Source: Candidatus Saccharimonadota bacterium
GTDB taxonomy: Bacteria; Patescibacteriota; Saccharimonadia; Saccharimonadales; Saccharimonadaceae
Direction: 5' to 3'
NCBI GenBank assembly: GCA_000503915.1
Contig: CP006915.1
Location: 750,001 to 782,000 of the forward strand
DNA length: 32,000 nucleotides
A model generated the notes under the pieces. The model was not told where the DNA came from and did not search any database. It saw only the letters and a list, made by a program, of their open reading frames with translations. A program made the position numbers and the translations under genes. Shown here piece by piece: positions 1 to 9,203 of this stretch. Position 1 is the stretch's first letter. Each line of letters opens with the position of its first letter.

Positions 1-771
1 GACGTGGAGCTCAAAGTCTTTAAGGCTCATGCGACGCTCATCAGATAAATACGCCGCTGTACCGACACAGAGGAGGATCTCATGCGCCTCTTGGTCGTCG
101 TGCCTTAGATAGTGCCCATCACTGGTGACAACGCGCGCGATGCCAAGTTCTTCGGATAGTCTGGCAAGATGCGCGTTTATCTTTACCTGTACTTCCCAGG
201 CGGCCGGTGACTCCAGATGTCCGTGATCTTGCAGTTCCAAATAGTAGCGGTCACCAAATACCTTTTTATACCAGCTGGCGATACGTTTGGCTTCCTCGTA
301 GTTATCGAGTTTTAGGTGCTCGCCTAGCTCGCCGCTGGCACAACCACTCAGGACGATAATGCCTTCGTTATACTGCTCAAGTAGTTCATGGTCAACCCGT
401 GGCTTGTAATACATTCCTTCAAGGTTCGCCTTGGAAGAAAGCATCATCAGGTTTTTATACCCCTGGTTGTTCATTGCCAGTAGTGTCAAATGATAACGCG
501 CCTTGTCTTTGGCGGGATCGCGATCAAAACGAGAGCGCGCCGCAACGTAGGCCTCAATACCGATGATCGGCTTGACCCCGGCGGCGGTTGCCGCTTTGTA
601 AAATTCAATCACCCCGCTCATTGTACCGTGATCAGTGACAGCACAAGCCGTCATGCCGAGCTCTTTTACCCTCTCGACTAGCTCATCGACCTTCGTGAGT
701 CCATCGAGCAGACTATGATGCGTGTGATTATGCAAATGAACATAATCAGACGGCTGCAGCACATTCCCCAT
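1..771 (-). CDS. dnaE: DNA polymerase III alpha subunit, N-terminal PHP domain (partial; rest of gene lies beyond window start)
   Basis: Absent from the ORF track because it runs off the edge. My minus-strand translation from ATG 771 gives MGNVLQPSDYVHLHNHTHHSLLDGLTKVDELVERVKELGMTACAVTDHGTMSGVIEFYKAA...GIEAYVA...YHLTLLA, a canonical DnaE PHP-domain start. The frame stays open to position 1. Confidence 0.85.
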   Translation of the reverse strand, partial: MGNVLQPSDYVHLHNHTHHSLLDGLTKVDELVERVKELGMTACAVTDHGTMSGVIEFYKAATAAGVKPIIGIEAYVAARSRFDRDPAKDKARYHLTLLAMNNQGYKNLMMLSSKANLEGMYYKPRVDHELLEQYNEGIIVLSGCASGELGEHLKLDNYEEAKRIASWYKKVFGDRYYLELQDHGHLESPAAWEVQVKINAHLARLSEELGIARVVTSDGHYLRHDDQEAHEILLCVGTAAYLSDERRMSLKDFELHV

Positions 772-779
772 ATGCCTTT

Positions 780-785
780 AGTATA
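780..785 (-). promoter_or_regulatory. -10 box TATACT, 8 nt upstream of dnaE ATG (leaderless-type)
   Basis: Minus strand reads GCTATACT-AAAGGCAT-ATG. There is no Shine-Dalgarno sequence in between. Confidence 0.4.
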
Positions 786-816
786 GCGAATTTTTCTGAG
801 TAGGGGTGTAGTGAAA

Positions 817-1113
817 TTAGCGTTTGCCAGCTTCGATCGTTTGGCTAACCCCATGAAAGAAGTCACCGAGCGGTGGCACGACCTGTGCAAGCATACTGAG
901 TATCCAGAGGATCAGCGCTACTCCTAACGTACCGCCGATAACTGTACCGATACCCATCATCAGGCCGCGAATAAAGTTCATTTTGTAGACCTGAGCACGC
1001 GACCGATTGAAGTCATAAAACAATTCTTCGAGTAGTGCTCGGCGAGCGCCGCGCTCATTGCCTTCTTTGACACTCTGATTGGTAATCTGTGCCACTTCTT
1101 TTACTTTCTTCAT
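817..1113 (-). CDS. small membrane protein, function unknown (DUF5665-like by recollection)
   Basis: 98-aa ORF with a hydrophobic core NFIRGLMMGIGTVIGGTLGVALILWILSML. It starts 5 nt after the upstream gene's stop. Confidence 0.6.
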   Translation of the reverse strand: MKKVKEVAQITNQSVKEGNERGARRALLEELFYDFNRSRAQVYKMNFIRGLMMGIGTVIGGTLGVALILWILSMLAQVVPPLGDFFHGVSQTIEAGKR

Positions 1114-1118
1114 ACAAA

Positions 1119-1331
1119 TTACTTCCGACTTTTTCCTAGCTCATCAACCGCAGTTTTTGCCTTTTCGACCAGGCCATCACGCGTTGACTTGGCCTTCGTC
1201 TTTAGGTCACCGGCCTTATCTTTCAGATCTTCACGGACTTCCTTACCGCTTTTTGGAGCTGTCAGAACGCCGGCTACTATACCGACCGCTGCGCCGACAA
1301 TTGCACCGAGAATAGTTCTACTCTTCGCCAT
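1119..1331 (-). CDS. YtxH-domain general-stress-type protein
   Basis: N-terminal TM ILGAIVGAAVGIVAGVL followed by APKSGKEVREDLKDKAGDLK and a lysine-rich helical tail, as in YtxH. AAGGAG lies upstream of the ATG. Confidence 0.7.
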   Translation of the reverse strand: MAKSRTILGAIVGAAVGIVAGVLTAPKSGKEVREDLKDKAGDLKTKAKSTRDGLVEKAKTAVDELGKSRK

Positions 1332-1352
1332 ATCGTTCTCCTTCTGGAAGGG

Positions 1353-1595
1353 TTATTTTTTAGTTTTTTTCTTGACTTGATCCATCACTAGCTTCAATAG
1401 AAGCATAGGTGAAGTGACTTTACTGACTTTTTTTACAACCGACTCAATCTCCGTGGCGGTTTGTTCCGCCGATGCCGTCACGCGGCGAATCTGTCTGGTT
1501 ACTCGTATCATAAGTACCATGAGAATGATGGCTGCCAGTAGAAATAGAGCTAAGAATACCGATAGGATGATGACGAGGATTTCAAATGCGTTCAT
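1353..1595 (-). CDS. DUF948-like membrane-anchored coiled-coil protein
   Basis: 80 aa: an N-terminal TM (ILVIILSVFLALFLLAAIILMVLMI) followed by a charged helix. DUF948 and YtxH proteins are often adjacent in Gram-positive bacteria. Confidence 0.55.
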   Translation of the reverse strand: MNAFEILVIILSVFLALFLLAAIILMVLMIRVTRQIRRVTASAEQTATEIESVVKKVSKVTSPMLLLKLVMDQVKKKTKK

Positions 1596-1662
1596 GGTCT
1601 TTTGCTGTTCCTTTATACTTAACGATTCGTTCCCTTCTAGTATACTGGCTCAATCCGCCAAT

Positions 1663-1697
1663 GACAAACCTCACCCCGGAATGAGGTGAGGTTTGTC
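1663..1697 (-). terminator. stem-loop 20 nt downstream of the GlsB-like gene stop (putative terminator without U-tract)
   Basis: gacaaacctcac(c) at 1663-1675 pairs with (g)gtgaggtttgtc at 1685-1697, giving 12-13 bp with a 9-11 nt loop. No T-run follows on either strand. Confidence 0.4.
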
Positions 1698-1716
1698 AAG
1701 GCTTGACGCCGTTTTG

Positions 1717-1992
1717 CTATTCAGCCGTTGGCTTATTGCCCGTAAAGAGCTTGACCAGAAAGAGCAGGACAACTGCACCAATCAAGGCTACCACGAAGCT
1801 CCAAAGATTGAAGCCTGTCGTGCCGCTGGCGCCAAACAGTGGCAGGAGCAAGTTACCGATGACCGCACCGATAATACCGACGAGGATATTCATAAATACC
1901 CCCATCGACGCGTTGGTTTTCATGATCATTGAAGCTACCCAGCCGGCGAGTCCTCCGATAATAAGCGCCCCGAGCCAATTACCTAGATCCAT
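1717..1992 (-). CDS. GlsB/YeaQ/YmgE family (transglycosylase-associated) stress membrane protein
   Basis: 91 aa. MDLGNWLGALIIGGLAGWVASMIM...GIIGAVIGNLLL...VVALIGAVVLLFLV is the typical three-TM glycine-zipper pattern of this family. Confidence 0.75.
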   Translation of the reverse strand: MDLGNWLGALIIGGLAGWVASMIMKTNASMGVFMNILVGIIGAVIGNLLLPLFGASGTTGFNLWSFVVALIGAVVLLFLVKLFTGNKPTAE

Positions 1993-2029
1993 TACACACC
2001 TCCTTTACCTATATTGGTTGGTACCTCCC

Positions 2030-2035
2030 AGTATA
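2030..2035 (-). promoter_or_regulatory. -10 box TATACT with 37-nt leader carrying AAGGAGGTG ribosome-binding site (1997-2005)
   Basis: Minus strand reads GCGTATACTGGGAGGTACC...GGTAAAGGAGGTGTGTAATG. Confidence 0.4.
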
Positions 2036-2061
2036 CGCGCTTGTTGTCTATCTCGCAACCT

Positions 2062-2958
2062 TTAGCGCTCATTCAACCGTTTTTTGGCGTATTCAATCAG
2101 CGCTGGTCCCATCTCGGGGTGATTAAAACCAAAATCAAGGGTTGTTTTGAGATATTCCAGTTTGTCGCCAGTGTCGTAGAACTTGCCGTTTTGGATTTCA
2201 CGCGCGTAAAATTCGTGACCGTCTTTGATCATTGCCTGCACCATCGGCTGGAACATAAACTCACCCTCAGTATGCGTTTTTGCCGCTTCTTCGATGTAGT
2301 CGATAATTTTCGCGGGGAACAAGTAGTTGCTGACACTCGCCAGATTTGACGGTGCGTTATCCTTGCCGGGCTTTTCAACGATTTCGGTCATTTTAAGTAC
2401 CCCGTCTTCGGCCTGTTCACCAGCCGCAATACCATACTGACTATATTCGTCGTCGCGTTCAATCGCCTTACAGGCAAATACTCCACCGCCATACTTCTGG
2501 TAGGTCTCGATCATTTGCTTGGTAGAGCTCGGTTCGGCAACGAAAAAGTCGTCGGCGAATTTATAGATGAATGTTTCGTCCTGACTTAGCAAGTGAGCAG
2601 CACTGAGGATAGGCGTAGCATTACCGTAAGGCCCCTTCTGTCGGACATAGACGAAGTTGGCCATCGTTGACAACTCTTCGATCAAATCGATATATGGCTG
2701 TTTTCCTGGTCCACCAGCACGTAAGTTTGCCAGTAAATCTTCATTCGGGAGGTCAAAGTGGTCTTCGATTGCCCGCTTATTGGTACTGCCGACGATAATG
2801 ATGTCATGAATCCCGGCCTCGACCAGCTCTTCGACCACGTACTGGATAATTGGTTTATCAATGAGCGGTAACATTTCTTTTGGCATTGCCTTGGTCTGCG
2901 GCAAAAAGCGCGTCCCAAACCCGGCTGCCGGGATAATTGCTTTGGTTGGTCGTTTCAT
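2062..2958 (-). CDS. galU: UTP--glucose-1-phosphate uridylyltransferase
   Basis: N-terminus KAIIPAAGFGTRFLPQTKAMPKEMLPLIDKPIIQYVVEE is the GalU signature. The start overlaps the upstream stop as TAATG. Confidence 0.9.
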   Translation of the reverse strand: MKRPTKAIIPAAGFGTRFLPQTKAMPKEMLPLIDKPIIQYVVEELVEAGIHDIIIVGSTNKRAIEDHFDLPNEDLLANLRAGGPGKQPYIDLIEELSTMANFVYVRQKGPYGNATPILSAAHLLSQDETFIYKFADDFFVAEPSSTKQMIETYQKYGGGVFACKAIERDDEYSQYGIAAGEQAEDGVLKMTEIVEKPGKDNAPSNLASVSNYLFPAKIIDYIEEAAKTHTEGEFMFQPMVQAMIKDGHEFYAREIQNGKFYDTGDKLEYLKTTLDFGFNHPEMGPALIEYAKKRLNER

Positions 2959-3509
2959 TACTGTTTCTCCAATTCTTTTAGCTTATCATAGACGAGGAGC
3001 GCGGGGATATGCGACGAAGCTGTCTGCTCAGACTTCGCCAGGCGTAAAAATTCCTTTATTGCTAACTCAGCAACGTCCACCTCTTCATTTTCGTCGAGCT
3101 GTTGTTCGCCGACTCTCACGCAGCCCATCGCGACGTACAGATGGTAGGTAGCGTTAATATACGGATCTTTATAGAACTTACCGACATATTCGAGCTCGCC
3201 GCTAGCTTGATAGCCTGTTTCCTCTCGTAGTTCCCTCTTTGCAGCTTCTTCAGGGGCTTCACCGGGCTCTACCATACCGCCAGGCACTTCCATCATCACC
3301 TGCTCGGGACCGACACGAAATTGCCACGTCACTACCACTTTATGTTCCGGCGTCAAGGCAATGATATCGACGCATTCGACGCCCTCTTTTACCATTGTTT
3401 CAAATTTCGCTTGCTGGCCGTCATTTTTGATGAAAGTTTTTGCTATAATCGAACGCCAGCCATCGTGCAGCGTCGTTGTCGGTTCGATACGTTTCCAGGA
3501 CTTCATCAT
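2958..3509 (-). CDS. NUDIX hydrolase (ADP-ribose pyrophosphatase-like)
   Basis: Nudix box [27 protein letters not shown] overlap with the gatB stop. Confidence 0.8.
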   Translation of the reverse strand: MMKSWKRIEPTTTLHDGWRSIIAKTFIKNDGQQAKFETMVKEGVECVDIIALTPEHKVVVTWQFRVGPEQVMMEVPGGMVEPGEAPEEAAKRELREETGYQASGELEYVGKFYKDPYINATYHLYVAMGCVRVGEQQLDENEEVDVAELAIKEFLRLAKSEQTASSHIPALLVYDKLKELEKQ

Positions 3510-4933
3510 CCGTTGAGGCGGTCCTTGATTAACTTTTGCGCGAGGCCGGGGTTCGCTTGGCCTTTCGACTTTTTCATAATCTGCCCCACCAAGAAGCCGA
3601 TCGCTTTATCATTACCAGCTTTTATGTCTTCGACGGCTTTTTGGCTCGCGGGATCAGCTAGCACTTCATCGACTATCGCCGCAATCGCGCCTTCATCACT
3701 GACCTGCAAGAGATCTTTAGCTTCGGCCAATTGGCGCGGATCGGTTGCGCCACTCATCAGATCGTTGAATAACTCGCTGGCTGCGTTGGATGAAATCTCA
3801 GCTGCTTCAGTCATGCGCGCCAGCTCAATGAGATCGTCGATGCGCGCGATCGACTCGAGCTGCAAGTCTTCATCTATCGTAAGATTACTGGCTACCCAGT
3901 TGGCGACTCGCTTGGCCGCCGCCTGATCACGCGCCAGAACCTGCGACACCATCTCGGCGAGTAATTGCCTACCGAGCACGGTAGTGATGACTGATTTATC
4001 GACGCCAAGGCGCAAAAACTCTTCGCGATATTCACCGGGGAGCTTTGGCACCCCTGCCTGTACCGCCTTAGTTTCCTCATTGGTCAGAACGATCGGCGGA
4101 ATGTCGGCATCTGGCATATAGCGATAGTCCTGTGCTTCTTCTTTGGAGCGCTGCGAAACGGTTTTTTGTTTCGCTTCGTCCCAGCCGCGAGTTTCCTGTA
4201 CGACAAGCTCGCCTTTTTCCAGTAGCTCCACCTGTCGCTTAAATTCATATTCAGCCGCTTTTTCGACGCTACGAAAACTGTTTAGATTTTTTACTTCAGC
4301 GCGCTTGCCTAGCTCAGTAGCACCTTTTTTGGCCACCGATATATTGACGTCAAAGCGCATATTACCGTGATACAGGTTGCCGTGCGTGACGCCCGCATAG
4401 GTCATCAGTCGGTATAGTTCACTTGCGTACGCTTTCGCTTCCTGCGCTGAGTGCATATCCGGCTCCGAAACAATTTCGATCAGCGGCGTACCGGCGCGGT
4501 TCAAGTCAACCAGTGAGTAGTCGGCATAGTGCGTCAGCTTCCCCGCATCTTCCTCAAGATGGGCGTGGTGAATTCGAACTCGAACCACTGAACCGTTTTC
4601 GAGCGGTGCATCGACATACCCCGCCAAGATGATTGGTTGATACATCTGTGTTGTCTGGTAGCCTTTTGGAAGATCCGGATAGAAATAGTGCTTACGGTCA
4701 AAGCGACTGACGCGTGCAATCTCAGCATTCAGTGCTTTACCGGCTTTTATGCTCATCGTTACTGCCTCGCGGTTTAGTACCGGTAGCATGCCAGGGAGAC
4801 CATAGTCTACCGGTGAAACCACACTGTTCGGCTCTTTATCACGCGCATCGTTGTCGGCCGTGCTAAACAGCTTGGTCTTGGTGGCCAGCTGTACGTGACA
4901 CTCGATACCGATCGTCATCTCATAGTCATTCAT
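3506..4933 (-). CDS. gatB: Asp-tRNA(Asn)/Glu-tRNA(Gln) amidotransferase subunit B
   Basis: 475 aa. [20 protein letters not shown](T)TQ and a C-terminal GatB/YqeY tail ([17 protein letters not shown]). Confidence 0.95.
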   Translation of the reverse strand: MNDYEMTIGIECHVQLATKTKLFSTADNDARDKEPNSVVSPVDYGLPGMLPVLNREAVTMSIKAGKALNAEIARVSRFDRKHYFYPDLPKGYQTTQMYQPIILAGYVDAPLENGSVVRVRIHHAHLEEDAGKLTHYADYSLVDLNRAGTPLIEIVSEPDMHSAQEAKAYASELYRLMTYAGVTHGNLYHGNMRFDVNISVAKKGATELGKRAEVKNLNSFRSVEKAAEYEFKRQVELLEKGELVVQETRGWDEAKQKTVSQRSKEEAQDYRYMPDADIPPIVLTNEETKAVQAGVPKLPGEYREEFLRLGVDKSVITTVLGRQLLAEMVSQVLARDQAAAKRVANWVASNLTIDEDLQLESIARIDDLIELARMTEAAEISSNAASELFNDLMSGATDPRQLAEAKDLLQVSDEGAIAAIVDEVLADPASQKAVEDIKAGNDKAIGFLVGQIMKKSKGQANPGLAQKLIKDRLNG

Positions 4934-4934
4934 A

Positions 4935-5360
4935 CTAGATAGCCCCTACGTCTTTCAGCGCCTGCTTATAGGCAGCTAACGCCCGCCGAACCGTGTCGTA
5001 GTCAATACGTACATCGGTTTCATGAGCGATACGGTTACGCAGTTTATGCGCTGTCCAAATATTATTGGCGCTTGTCCAGCTTTGTTTAGCAGCTTTCATA
5101 CGATCGCCCATCGTTTCACCCTTGAAGCCGCGCTGCTTTAACGCCTGGTCGAGTAGCTTGTCGGCGTTGAGTACCACCAGATGAAAGCTTGCTTCCTGAT
5201 GCCGCACCAGTTGGCGCTCAATCGTTAGCCAGCTTCGGCGATAACGCTCCTGATCGAGCTGACTGCCACCTTTGCGGCCATAGCCGATTAAGAACAAGAT
5301 ACTGCCACCTACTAGTAGAATTACAATCAAAAAGGTTACCATCAGCCAACTGCTATCCAT
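4935..5360 (-). CDS. membrane-anchored hypothetical protein with HEPN-like R-x4-H motif, embedded in the gatCAB operon
   Basis: 141 aa: an N-terminal TM (WLMVTFLIVILLVGGSILFLIGY) followed by a helical domain with AHKLRNRIAHE. It overlaps the gatA stop by 8 nt and ends 1 nt before the gatB start. Confidence 0.6.
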   Translation of the reverse strand: MDSSWLMVTFLIVILLVGGSILFLIGYGRKGGSQLDQERYRRSWLTIERQLVRHQEASFHLVVLNADKLLDQALKQRGFKGETMGDRMKAAKQSWTSANNIWTAHKLRNRIAHETDVRIDYDTVRRALAAYKQALKDVGAI

Positions 5361-6732
5361 TATTTTCCTCCATGCTTTTTGCCAGTGCCAGTAACGAGGC
5401 GTCTGCTTTCCGCGGCGCCATCAGCTGGACACCAACTGGCAAGCCCGCTTCGGTGAGACCAGCCGGTACACTAAGCGCAGGGATTCCAGCGAGGCTGGCA
5501 CCGACGGTCATCGCATCGGAAAGATACATCTTGATCGGATCATCGGTGTTTTCACCAAACGCGAAAGCTGGCGATGGTACGGTTGGACTAAGGAGAAAGT
5601 CATAGTCGTTAAATAAAGCATTGAGTTCTTGAATCAGCAGCGTCCGAGCCTTCTGCGCCTTCAAATAGTACGCGTCGAAGAAACCGCTCGAAAGTACAAA
5701 ACTACCGATCATAATGCGACGTTTGTTTTCGGGTACAAATCCAGCGTCGCGACTCATACCGTACACCTCTGATAAGGTCTTGGCGGCACTACTACGGATG
5801 CCGTAGCGGATGCCGTCATAGCGTGCCAAGTTGCTACTAACTTCTGCAGGAACAATAATGTAATACATAGCAAGCGTGTATTTTGCGATTGGCAAACTTA
5901 CTTCCTCGACCATATGGCCGGCAGCTTTCAGTCTTTCGATGTACTCAAGCGTGTGCTGCCGTACTTCTTCGTCAACATCATCGGTCATAAATTCTCTAAT
6001 TACGCCGATACGTTGTGGCTCTGAAAGTGTGGTGATTGGTGAGAAGTAGTCTGGCAGCGTCGTCATGTCACGTGCATCCTGGCCAGCCATGACCGATAGC
6101 ACCAGCTCGGCATCTGCTACGGTGCGCGTAAAGCATCCCATCACATCGGTACTGCTTGCCATCGCGATCACGCCGTAACGACTCGTCATGCCATAGGTTG
6201 GCTTGACACCGACCACACCGTTAAAGCTGGCTGGCTGACGAATCGAACCACCGGTATCACTCCCTAGTGCAAACGGTACGATATCAAGCGCGGTGACCAC
6301 TGCGGAACCACCACTGCTACCTCCGGCAACCTTACTGGGGTCGGTGGCATTCTTCGTCGGCCCGAACGCCGAGTTTTCGGTGCTACTGCCGTGAGCAAAT
6401 GCATCCATGTTTGCCTTACCGATACAAATAGCGCCTTCGGCCTCGAGGCGTTCAACGACGGTAGCTTGGAGCGGCGCTTCAAAGTTCTCGAGTATCTTGC
6501 TGGCGGCCGTTGTCGGCGCTCCAAAGGCCAGAAAGTTATCTTTGACGACGAACGGCACGCCTGCTAGACGACCGGAGAGCTTGCCTTCATCGACCAGCTT
6601 AGCTCGCTCTAAGGCACGCGCTTCGGTAAGCGTAAGGAACGCGTGATACGATTCATTGTCACGCGCTTTCTGAAGCGCCGTACGGACATTATCAAGTGCT
6701 GAGTTTTTCAAGGTTTCGGCAATCGTTGGCAT
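5353..6732 (-). CDS. gatA: Glu-tRNA(Gln) amidotransferase subunit A
   Basis: 459 aa. Amidase signature GGSSGGSAVVTA...GSDTGGSIRQPA. Confidence 0.95.
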   Translation of the reverse strand: MPTIAETLKNSALDNVRTALQKARDNESYHAFLTLTEARALERAKLVDEGKLSGRLAGVPFVVKDNFLAFGAPTTAASKILENFEAPLQATVVERLEAEGAICIGKANMDAFAHGSSTENSAFGPTKNATDPSKVAGGSSGGSAVVTALDIVPFALGSDTGGSIRQPASFNGVVGVKPTYGMTSRYGVIAMASSTDVMGCFTRTVADAELVLSVMAGQDARDMTTLPDYFSPITTLSEPQRIGVIREFMTDDVDEEVRQHTLEYIERLKAAGHMVEEVSLPIAKYTLAMYYIIVPAEVSSNLARYDGIRYGIRSSAAKTLSEVYGMSRDAGFVPENKRRIMIGSFVLSSGFFDAYYLKAQKARTLLIQELNALFNDYDFLLSPTVPSPAFAFGENTDDPIKMYLSDAMTVGASLAGIPALSVPAGLTEAGLPVGVQLMAPRKADASLLALAKSMEENNG

Positions 6733-7023
6733 CTATAACACCTTCGGAACTTTTATTTGCCTGTTCGTCTGCTCAGGCGCAAGCGCGAGAAGCGTTTGTC
6801 GGCTTACCTCCGACTGCTGCACAGCGTCTTCACGGCTGACATTCTCGAGATTAGTCACCTGATAGGTCGGCTCTACGCCTTCCGTATCGAGCTCATCGAG
6901 TTGCTCGACATATTTAATGATGTTGCCAAGGTCAGTCACTAGCCCATCGATTTCATCATCGGCGAGCTGCAAGCTGCTCAGAGTGGCGAGCTGCACCACC
7001 GTAGCACGAGAAATTTGCGTCAT
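6733..7023 (-). CDS. gatC: Glu-tRNA(Gln) amidotransferase subunit C
   Basis: 96 aa. MTQISRATVVQLATLSSLQLADDEI...EPTYQV is typical of GatC. It lies directly adjacent to the gatA start. Confidence 0.9.
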   Translation of the reverse strand: MTQISRATVVQLATLSSLQLADDEIDGLVTDLGNIIKYVEQLDELDTEGVEPTYQVTNLENVSREDAVQQSEVSRQTLLALAPEQTNRQIKVPKVL

Positions 7024-7030
7024 AGTCTCT

Positions 7031-7036
7031 ATTGTA
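7031..7036 (-). promoter_or_regulatory. -10 box TACAAT, 7 nt upstream of gatC ATG (leaderless-type)
   Basis: Minus strand reads CGCTACAAT-AGAGACT-ATG, with no Shine-Dalgarno sequence. Confidence 0.45.
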
Positions 7037-7084
7037 GCGTAAAATGCCCGACGAAACGAGAGATTACCTGCATATCTTCCTCAT

Positions 7085-7192
7085 TGACTCTCGGTTACAC
7101 CTACGAGACAGACTAAAGGCGAAACGTGAGGTGCGGTACAATCCTTTGACCGCACCGAAAGTGGTCTGTCGAATAGGTATAACCGAGAGTCA
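7085..7192 (-). ncRNA. candidate structured RNA of unknown family (nested helices plus possible pseudoknot); alternatively an elaborate uvrB terminator or a MITE-like palindrome
   Basis: Three nested complementarities: 7085-7104 with 7173-7192, 7107-7113 with 7164-7170, and 7130-7137 with 7149-7156. Loop CCTTT (7143-7147) is complementary to AAAGG (7115-7119). Outer-helix mismatches are C.A on the + strand but G.U on the - strand. Confidence 0.45.
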
Positions 7193-7211
7193 GCCCACAT
7201 TCTCTTAGTCT

Positions 7212-9182
7212 TTACTGTCTGGCGCGAATATCGGCGATGAGATCGCGCAGCTCGGCAGCTTTCTCAAACTCCAGATTAGCGCTAGCCAATTCCATTTGAC
7301 CGGTCAAATCTTTGGCTAGACTATCGTACTCATCCTTGGGTATTTTCTTCAGATCAAGTTTCGGCTTTTTATCGTCTTCTTTCATTGGAATAATCGCTCG
7401 CAAACCTTCGTCAATCGCTTTAGCAATACTACGTGGCGTAATATTATGTTCGGTGTTGTAGGCTTCTTGGATCGCTCGACGTCGATTCGTCTCGCTGATT
7501 GCCGCCGCCATAGAGCGAGTCATCGTATCAGCGTACATGATAACTGTACCTTCTTCGTGACGAGCGGCACGACCGACAGTCTGAATAAGCGCGCTTTCAC
7601 TTCTAAGAAAGCCCTCCTTGTCGGCATCGATGATCGCTACCAGGCTCACTTCCGGCAGGTCAAGCCCTTCACGCAGTAGATTGATGCCGACCAGCACGTC
7701 GTAGACACCCATGCGCAGATCACGTAGAATGTCGCTTCGCTCTAGCGTGTCGACTTCACTGTGAATATAAGCCGTCTTAATATCGAGATCGATCAAATGC
7801 TGACTTAAATCTTCGGCCATTCGTTTTGTTAGGGTCGTGACGAGTACACGCTGCTTTTTCTCGCTACGATCACGAATCTCGGCGATCAAATCATCGACTT
7901 GCCCTTTGGTCTTTCGCACTTCAATCATCGGATCGAGCAGGCCAGTCGGACGAATCACCTGCTGGGCAGGCTCTGGGCTATGTGCCAGTTCGTAGTCACT
8001 TGGTGTCGCCGAGACATAAATGGCCTTATTGAGATGGCGGTCAAACTCATCAAAACGTAGCGGCCGGTTGTCGAGTGCACTCGGCAGGCGAAAGCCATGC
8101 TCTACCAGCACCTCTTTGCGCGCTCGGTCGCCGTTGTACATGCCGCGTACCTGAGGTAGCGTCATGTGACTTTCATCGACGAATAGCATCCAGTCGTCAG
8201 GGAAATAATCAAGTAGTGTCGCCGGCTGTTCACCGGGCTCACGATTGGTGAGATACCGGCTATAGTTTTCGATACCTTTGACAAACCCTGTTTCCTCCAA
8301 CATCTCTATATCGTACTTGGTGCGCTGCGCCAGGCGCTGCGCCTCGAGCAACATATTGCGGGACTCAAACCATTGCACACGCTCATCAAATTCGCGCTTG
8401 ATACCTTCGATGGCGTGCGCCAGCTTCTCCTTCGGTGTCACGTAGTGACTGCTCGGAAAAATGCTGAGCTCGGTCGGCTCACCTAGGATCTCACCCGTCA
8501 GCGGATCAATCCGCGTCATGCGGTCGATCTCATCACCAAAGAATTCGATACGGTAGGCCACATCGCTTCCCGCCGGAAAAACGTCTACCACGTCGCCTTT
8601 CGCGCGGAAGGTACCGCGATGAAAATCGATGTCATTGCGCTGATACTGGATATCGGTTAGTAGGCGTAGGAATTTATCTTGTTGGCGGCGCTCACCCGTC
8701 TTTAGGTGGATCGACATCTCGGCATAAGTATCGGGTGAACCGATACCATAGATACAACTAACGCTAGCAACGATAATGACGTCGCGTCTCGTAAGCAACG
8801 CGGTCGTTGCCGCGTGGCGCAGCCGGTCGATCTCGTCATTGATTTTTGAGTCTTTCTCAATATACGTATCGCTTGAGGCGATATAGGCCTCCGGTTGATA
8901 ATAGTCAAAATAACTGACAAAGTAGTGTACTTCGTTCTCAGGGAAAAACATCTTAAATTCACTAAATAGCTGCGCTGCTAGCGTTTTGTTGTGCGCCAGT
9001 ACCAGCGTCGGCACATTACGCTCGGCGATAATATTCGCCATCGTAAAGGTCTTTCCAGAACCCGTCACGCCAAGCAACGTCTGCTCGCGGTCACCTTTTT
9101 CTAATCCTTCAAGCAGCTGAGCAATGGCCGTCGGCTGATCGCCGGTCGGCTGATAAGTAGTTGCGAGCTTAAAACTATTCAC
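7212..9182 (-). CDS. uvrB: excinuclease ABC subunit B
   Basis: 656 aa. [14 protein letters not shown], Walker A GVTGSGKT and a C-terminal UVR motif [16 protein letters not shown] start. Confidence 0.95.
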   Translation of the reverse strand: MNSFKLATTYQPTGDQPTAIAQLLEGLEKGDREQTLLGVTGSGKTFTMANIIAERNVPTLVLAHNKTLAAQLFSEFKMFFPENEVHYFVSYFDYYQPEAYIASSDTYIEKDSKINDEIDRLRHAATTALLTRRDVIIVASVSCIYGIGSPDTYAEMSIHLKTGERRQQDKFLRLLTDIQYQRNDIDFHRGTFRAKGDVVDVFPAGSDVAYRIEFFGDEIDRMTRIDPLTGEILGEPTELSIFPSSHYVTPKEKLAHAIEGIKREFDERVQWFESRNMLLEAQRLAQRTKYDIEMLEETGFVKGIENYSRYLTNREPGEQPATLLDYFPDDWMLFVDESHMTLPQVRGMYNGDRARKEVLVEHGFRLPSALDNRPLRFDEFDRHLNKAIYVSATPSDYELAHSPEPAQQVIRPTGLLDPMIEVRKTKGQVDDLIAEIRDRSEKKQRVLVTTLTKRMAEDLSQHLIDLDIKTAYIHSEVDTLERSDILRDLRMGVYDVLVGINLLREGLDLPEVSLVAIIDADKEGFLRSESALIQTVGRAARHEEGTVIMYADTMTRSMAAAISETNRRRAIQEAYNTEHNITPRSIAKAIDEGLRAIIPMKEDDKKPKLDLKKIPKDEYDSLAKDLTGQMELASANLEFEKAAELRDLIADIRARQ

Positions 9183-9189
9183 TATCTCT

Positions 9190-9195
9190 AGTATA
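9190..9195 (-). promoter_or_regulatory. -10 box TATACT, 7 nt upstream of uvrB GTG (leaderless-type)
   Basis: Minus strand reads GCGCTATACT-AGAGATA-GTG. Confidence 0.45.
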
Positions 9196-9203
9196 GCGCA
9201 GTG

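Noticed and set aside
678-890. 70-aa minus-strand ORF across the dnaE start region.
   Set aside because: It is out of frame with the clear DnaE PHP-domain reading frame and spans the dnaE promoter. It is Cys/Arg-rich and not protein-like.
2196-2210. 15-nt exact repeat tttcacgcgcgtaaa at 2196-2210 (inside galU) and 10776-10790 (LOG/kinase spacer).
   Set aside because: By rough estimate, about one chance 15-mer match is expected in a 32-kb window counting both strands. One copy is in coding sequence, and there is no extended similarity around either.
3321-3926. 201-aa plus-strand ORF spanning the NUDIX/gatB junction, and similar long antisense ORFs at 16882-17379, 26604-27071, 19354-19716 and 11126-11646.
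   Set aside because: They lie antisense to genes with unmistakable conserved motifs. Their composition is low-complexity and Ser/Arg/Ala-rich, and they have no start-site signals. These are shadow ORFs typical of moderately GC-rich coding DNA.
7085-7192. Possibility that the structured element is SRP (4.5S) RNA, a tRNA-like gene, 6S RNA, a T-box or a known riboswitch regulating gatCAB.
   Set aside because: It has no SRP domain-IV motif or GNRA apical loop context, no tRNA cloverleaf, and is too short for 6S or a T-box. The gatC -10 box lies downstream of it, so it is unlikely to be a gatC 5' leader. It is kept only as an unclassified candidate.
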